From Pseudomonadota bacterium (GTDB lineage: Bacteria; Bdellovibrionota_F; JAHFAK01; JBDREC01), in the NCBI GenBank assembly GCA_043820105.1, contig JBDREC010000099.1, positions 62,001-91,927 on the forward strand: a DNA stretch of 29,927 bases. The letters run 5' to 3'. A program made the translations under genes and the position numbers. Shown in pieces: positions 27,602 through 29,927 of the stretch. Position 1 is the first letter of the stretch, and every line of letters starts with the position of its first letter. A model generated the notes under the pieces. That model saw only the letters and a list, made by a program, of their open reading frames with translations, made no database searches and was not told the origin of the DNA.

Positions 27602-29440
27602 TTAAAAAAGACTTAAACATCTTGTTTTTTGATGGTTTTCTCGCGCGATTTCAAGTGATAAAGTCCAAGATTCCATCAATAGGTCAGCATTTATTTTTTC
27701 TTCAAAACTTTGGCTTTCTTTATGTCGGTCAAAAATCGATTGAAAGATTTTTCTAGCCGAAGGATTCATTGTTTTGTAAAGTCTTTCTATTATTAATTTT
27801 ACATCCACATTTTGCGGATTAAACTCATACTTTGCAAATAATATTTTAGCCATTTCTGCTGCTATTTCCAGGTCGTCAGAAAGTAATGCTAATGAATTAA
27901 TAAGCCCATTAAATCGGATTTTATTACTATTCATTTTTAAAATAAGTTCATGCTTTAGGCCAGAGATCATTAGGGTCAATGCTTGTCTTTTGATGTCAAT
28001 TGAAGTGCTTTCTTGAACAATGTTTTCTAAAAAGTTGATTTGATAATTAGCATAGTGCCAGCCATAGTAAGAAACATAGTGTTCAAACTCCATAACAATT
28101 GGGCCAATTTGATCTGGATGTGCTATTGCAATCTTAACCAATTCACCTATAACTTTATTTCTTACAAGTTCTTTTTCAATTTTGGAAGGGTTTTGATATG
28201 ATATAAGATTTATGAGTTCTTTAATTTTTATTTCTAATAATTCGGCTTCATAAAATCCATGTTCAATTGGCCATGCTTTTATGGATATTCCAATTTGTAC
28301 TATTAGAAAATTATCAACCTTTAGTAGTCTTTCTGCTTGTTCATCAAAAACTTCTATTGGGTATCTAGCAAAAATATTACCTAAGCCTTCAATTGCTGTG
28401 TTTTCAAGGGCTTCATCTAAGGCTAAATTAGTTAATATGAAAACAGTTTCACTTAAAATCTCTCCAAGTCTTATTTCTTCTTTTAAGATTTTACTGCTTT
28501 CTGATGAAAATCCCATTAAGGCAATTGTGATTCCTGTTATTCTTCGTGTCGCCCATTGGCGAATTTCATCATTAAAATCGCCATTTGCAAAGCTTGAAAA
28601 TATCTCTAAAGCTTCTAATGGAAATTGGTTTTTTAATAGGTCCATTAAAATAACTTTAACATGTTCAATTTCAAGGTTTTCATCCGGTGATCTCATTACT
28701 GGGTGTCGATTAAATTCAAACTCAGAAATTTCAATGATTAAGTTAAGATTCTCTGGAAATGCAAGCTGTCTGGCTGCTACTCCGGTATAATAGGCTGCTG
28801 TATCATAATTGTGTCTTGAATCTAATCCTTTTTTTAGCCCTATGATGATTCTAGAAAAAAAATCATGGTTTTGCGCTGCAAATTTAAATATGGACATTTT
28901 TCCAATGGTTGAAATGGCATCAAATGAAATATCTTTTTCTGGACTATGGGAAAGGATTGTTTTTAGTGTATGTAAAGGACCTAAGAACTCATATATATAA
29001 GACAATTGTATTAGGGCGAGCAAATTATGATATTTTTCATTTCCCATTTTTTTAGGATTTTTTAATAATTCTCCTATTAGGTAATCAGTTAGCATTTTAC
29101 GAGATGTTTTATTTTGAGACATGGGATAAAGTGAAATCAGCAGGGCTTTGAGTTCCTCCTGATTTAATGAGCAAACACCAGAAAAAAGAAGGCTTAAAAT
29201 TTTATTTTTAGTTTCTTCAGAATAATTTAGAGTTTTTGTTGAAGAAAGAATGTGAAATTTTCTGTTTATTTCTTGTTCAATATTATTAAAAGCAGTTCTG
29301 TCATTAACATAAATATCAAAAAATCTATCTATTTCCAAATCTATTTCTTCTGCCAGCCCGCGATTGAAGAAAAAAGTAGAAAGAATTATTATTGTTATTA
29401 ATACAAGGGGTTGTGTTTTTAAAAGGATAGAATGTTTCAT
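27602..29440 (-). CDS. Hypothetical secreted alpha-helical (HEAT/ARM-like) protein
   Basis: Signal peptide ending GLA, Leu/Ile/Glu-rich helical repeats (DAISTIGKM, EIRQWA, AIEGLGNI, IKRQALTL); ends RCLSLF*. Confidence 0.65.
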   Translation of the reverse strand: MKHSILLKTQPLVLITIIILSTFFFNRGLAEEIDLEIDRFFDIYVNDRTAFNNIEQEINRKFHILSSTKTLNYSEETKNKILSLLFSGVCSLNQEELKALLISLYPMSQNKTSRKMLTDYLIGELLKNPKKMGNEKYHNLLALIQLSYIYEFLGPLHTLKTILSHSPEKDISFDAISTIGKMSIFKFAAQNHDFFSRIIIGLKKGLDSRHNYDTAAYYTGVAARQLAFPENLNLIIEISEFEFNRHPVMRSPDENLEIEHVKVILMDLLKNQFPLEALEIFSSFANGDFNDEIRQWATRRITGITIALMGFSSESSKILKEEIRLGEILSETVFILTNLALDEALENTAIEGLGNIFARYPIEVFDEQAERLLKVDNFLIVQIGISIKAWPIEHGFYEAELLEIKIKELINLISYQNPSKIEKELVRNKVIGELVKIAIAHPDQIGPIVMEFEHYVSYYGWHYANYQINFLENIVQESTSIDIKRQALTLMISGLKHELILKMNSNKIRFNGLINSLALLSDDLEIAAEMAKILFAKYEFNPQNVDVKLIIERLYKTMNPSARKIFQSIFDRHKESQSFEEKINADLLMESWTLSLEIARENHQKTRCLSLF

Positions 29441-29519
29441 GGAATATGCCTAAAATCTAAAAATAAAATATCGCAACGCATTATCACGAAATTTTACTAC
29501 TGTCAATAACTTTAAAAAA

Positions 29520-29543
29520 ACCAGCAACTAGCAACCAGCAACA
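29520..29543. repeat. Heptamer repeat (ACYAGCA) x3+
   Basis: accagca actagca accagca aca, in the divergent intergenic region. Confidence 0.7.
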
Positions 29544-29786
29544 AGATTATTCATTTTTTCCAAACATTTTAGTTGACACTTTGAAAATATCTAGTATTAA
29601 GTGACTTCGAATTTCACCATTCTATATATATGATAGTCTTTTGAGGAGAGACTTTGATTAAAGAGACTATTATTTATCTTAAAAAAAAGTAACACTTATA
29701 TTAAATAATTGTTGACTTAGGTATATATTGATTGTAATAACTCGCAATTTTTTTGACTAAAGCAAATAACTAGGAGGTTTTAGATC

Positions 29787-29927
29787 ATGGCAAAAGAGAA
29801 ATTTGAAAGGGGTAAAACCCACGTAAATGTTGGAACAATAGGACACGTAGATCATGGCAAGACTACGCTAACAGCGGCAATTACCTGTGTATTGGCAGCT
29901 AAGGGATTGACAAAGTATGTACCATAT
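29787..29927 (+). CDS. tuf: Elongation factor Tu (3' truncated by window edge; not in ORF track)
   Basis: [41 protein letters not shown]. Confidence 0.97.
   Translation, partial: MAKEKFERGKTHVNVGTIGHVDHGKTTLTAAITCVLAAKGLTKYVPY

Noticed and set aside
6789-29000. Short ORF-track entries nested in or antisense to long genes (6789, 7496, 8561, 8636, 10424, 15404, 16421, 17020, 18833, 20247, 20548, 21176, 21278, 21863, 24498, 28281, 28809)
   Set aside because: Shadow frames of well-supported genes, with no recognisable motifs.
1-29927. CRISPR array, tRNA/rRNA, IS, integrase, prophage or defence genes
   Set aside because: No repeat-spacer periodicity, cloverleaf or transposase/integrase motifs seen by eye; the tandem arrays have no spacers.

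Overview
AT-rich bacterial chromosomal segment (standard code; protein styles suggest a deltaproteobacterial/Bdellovibrionota-like diderm, an inference). Housekeeping genes: partial FadL/OmpP1-type outer-membrane transporter, manB-manC, oppBC, TPR protein, RlmD-type methyltransferase, TIGR01212-type radical SAM, DegP/DegQ, MurE, YfiC-type methyltransferase, alaS, class IV aminotransferase, Fur-family regulator, MltA, pentapeptide protein and the start of tuf. They are interleaved with orphan secreted/membrane genes. No CRISPR array, tRNA, rRNA or transposase was seen. Most notable: (1) an operon encoding a CDF metal-transporter domain fused to an HflK-like SPFH domain, plus HflC and HflK, with no ftsH; (2) a shared C-[IL]-[NS]-L-F motif at or near the mature N-terminus or at the C-terminus of three unrelated signal-peptide orphans; (3) three sigma54-type promoters, each in front of orphan genes; (4) an unannotated 55-aa four-Cys protein before degP; (5) dispersed 7-8 nt tandem repeats and a REP-like hairpin, two of them in frame inside proteins. 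All family calls come from motif recognition, not database searches.
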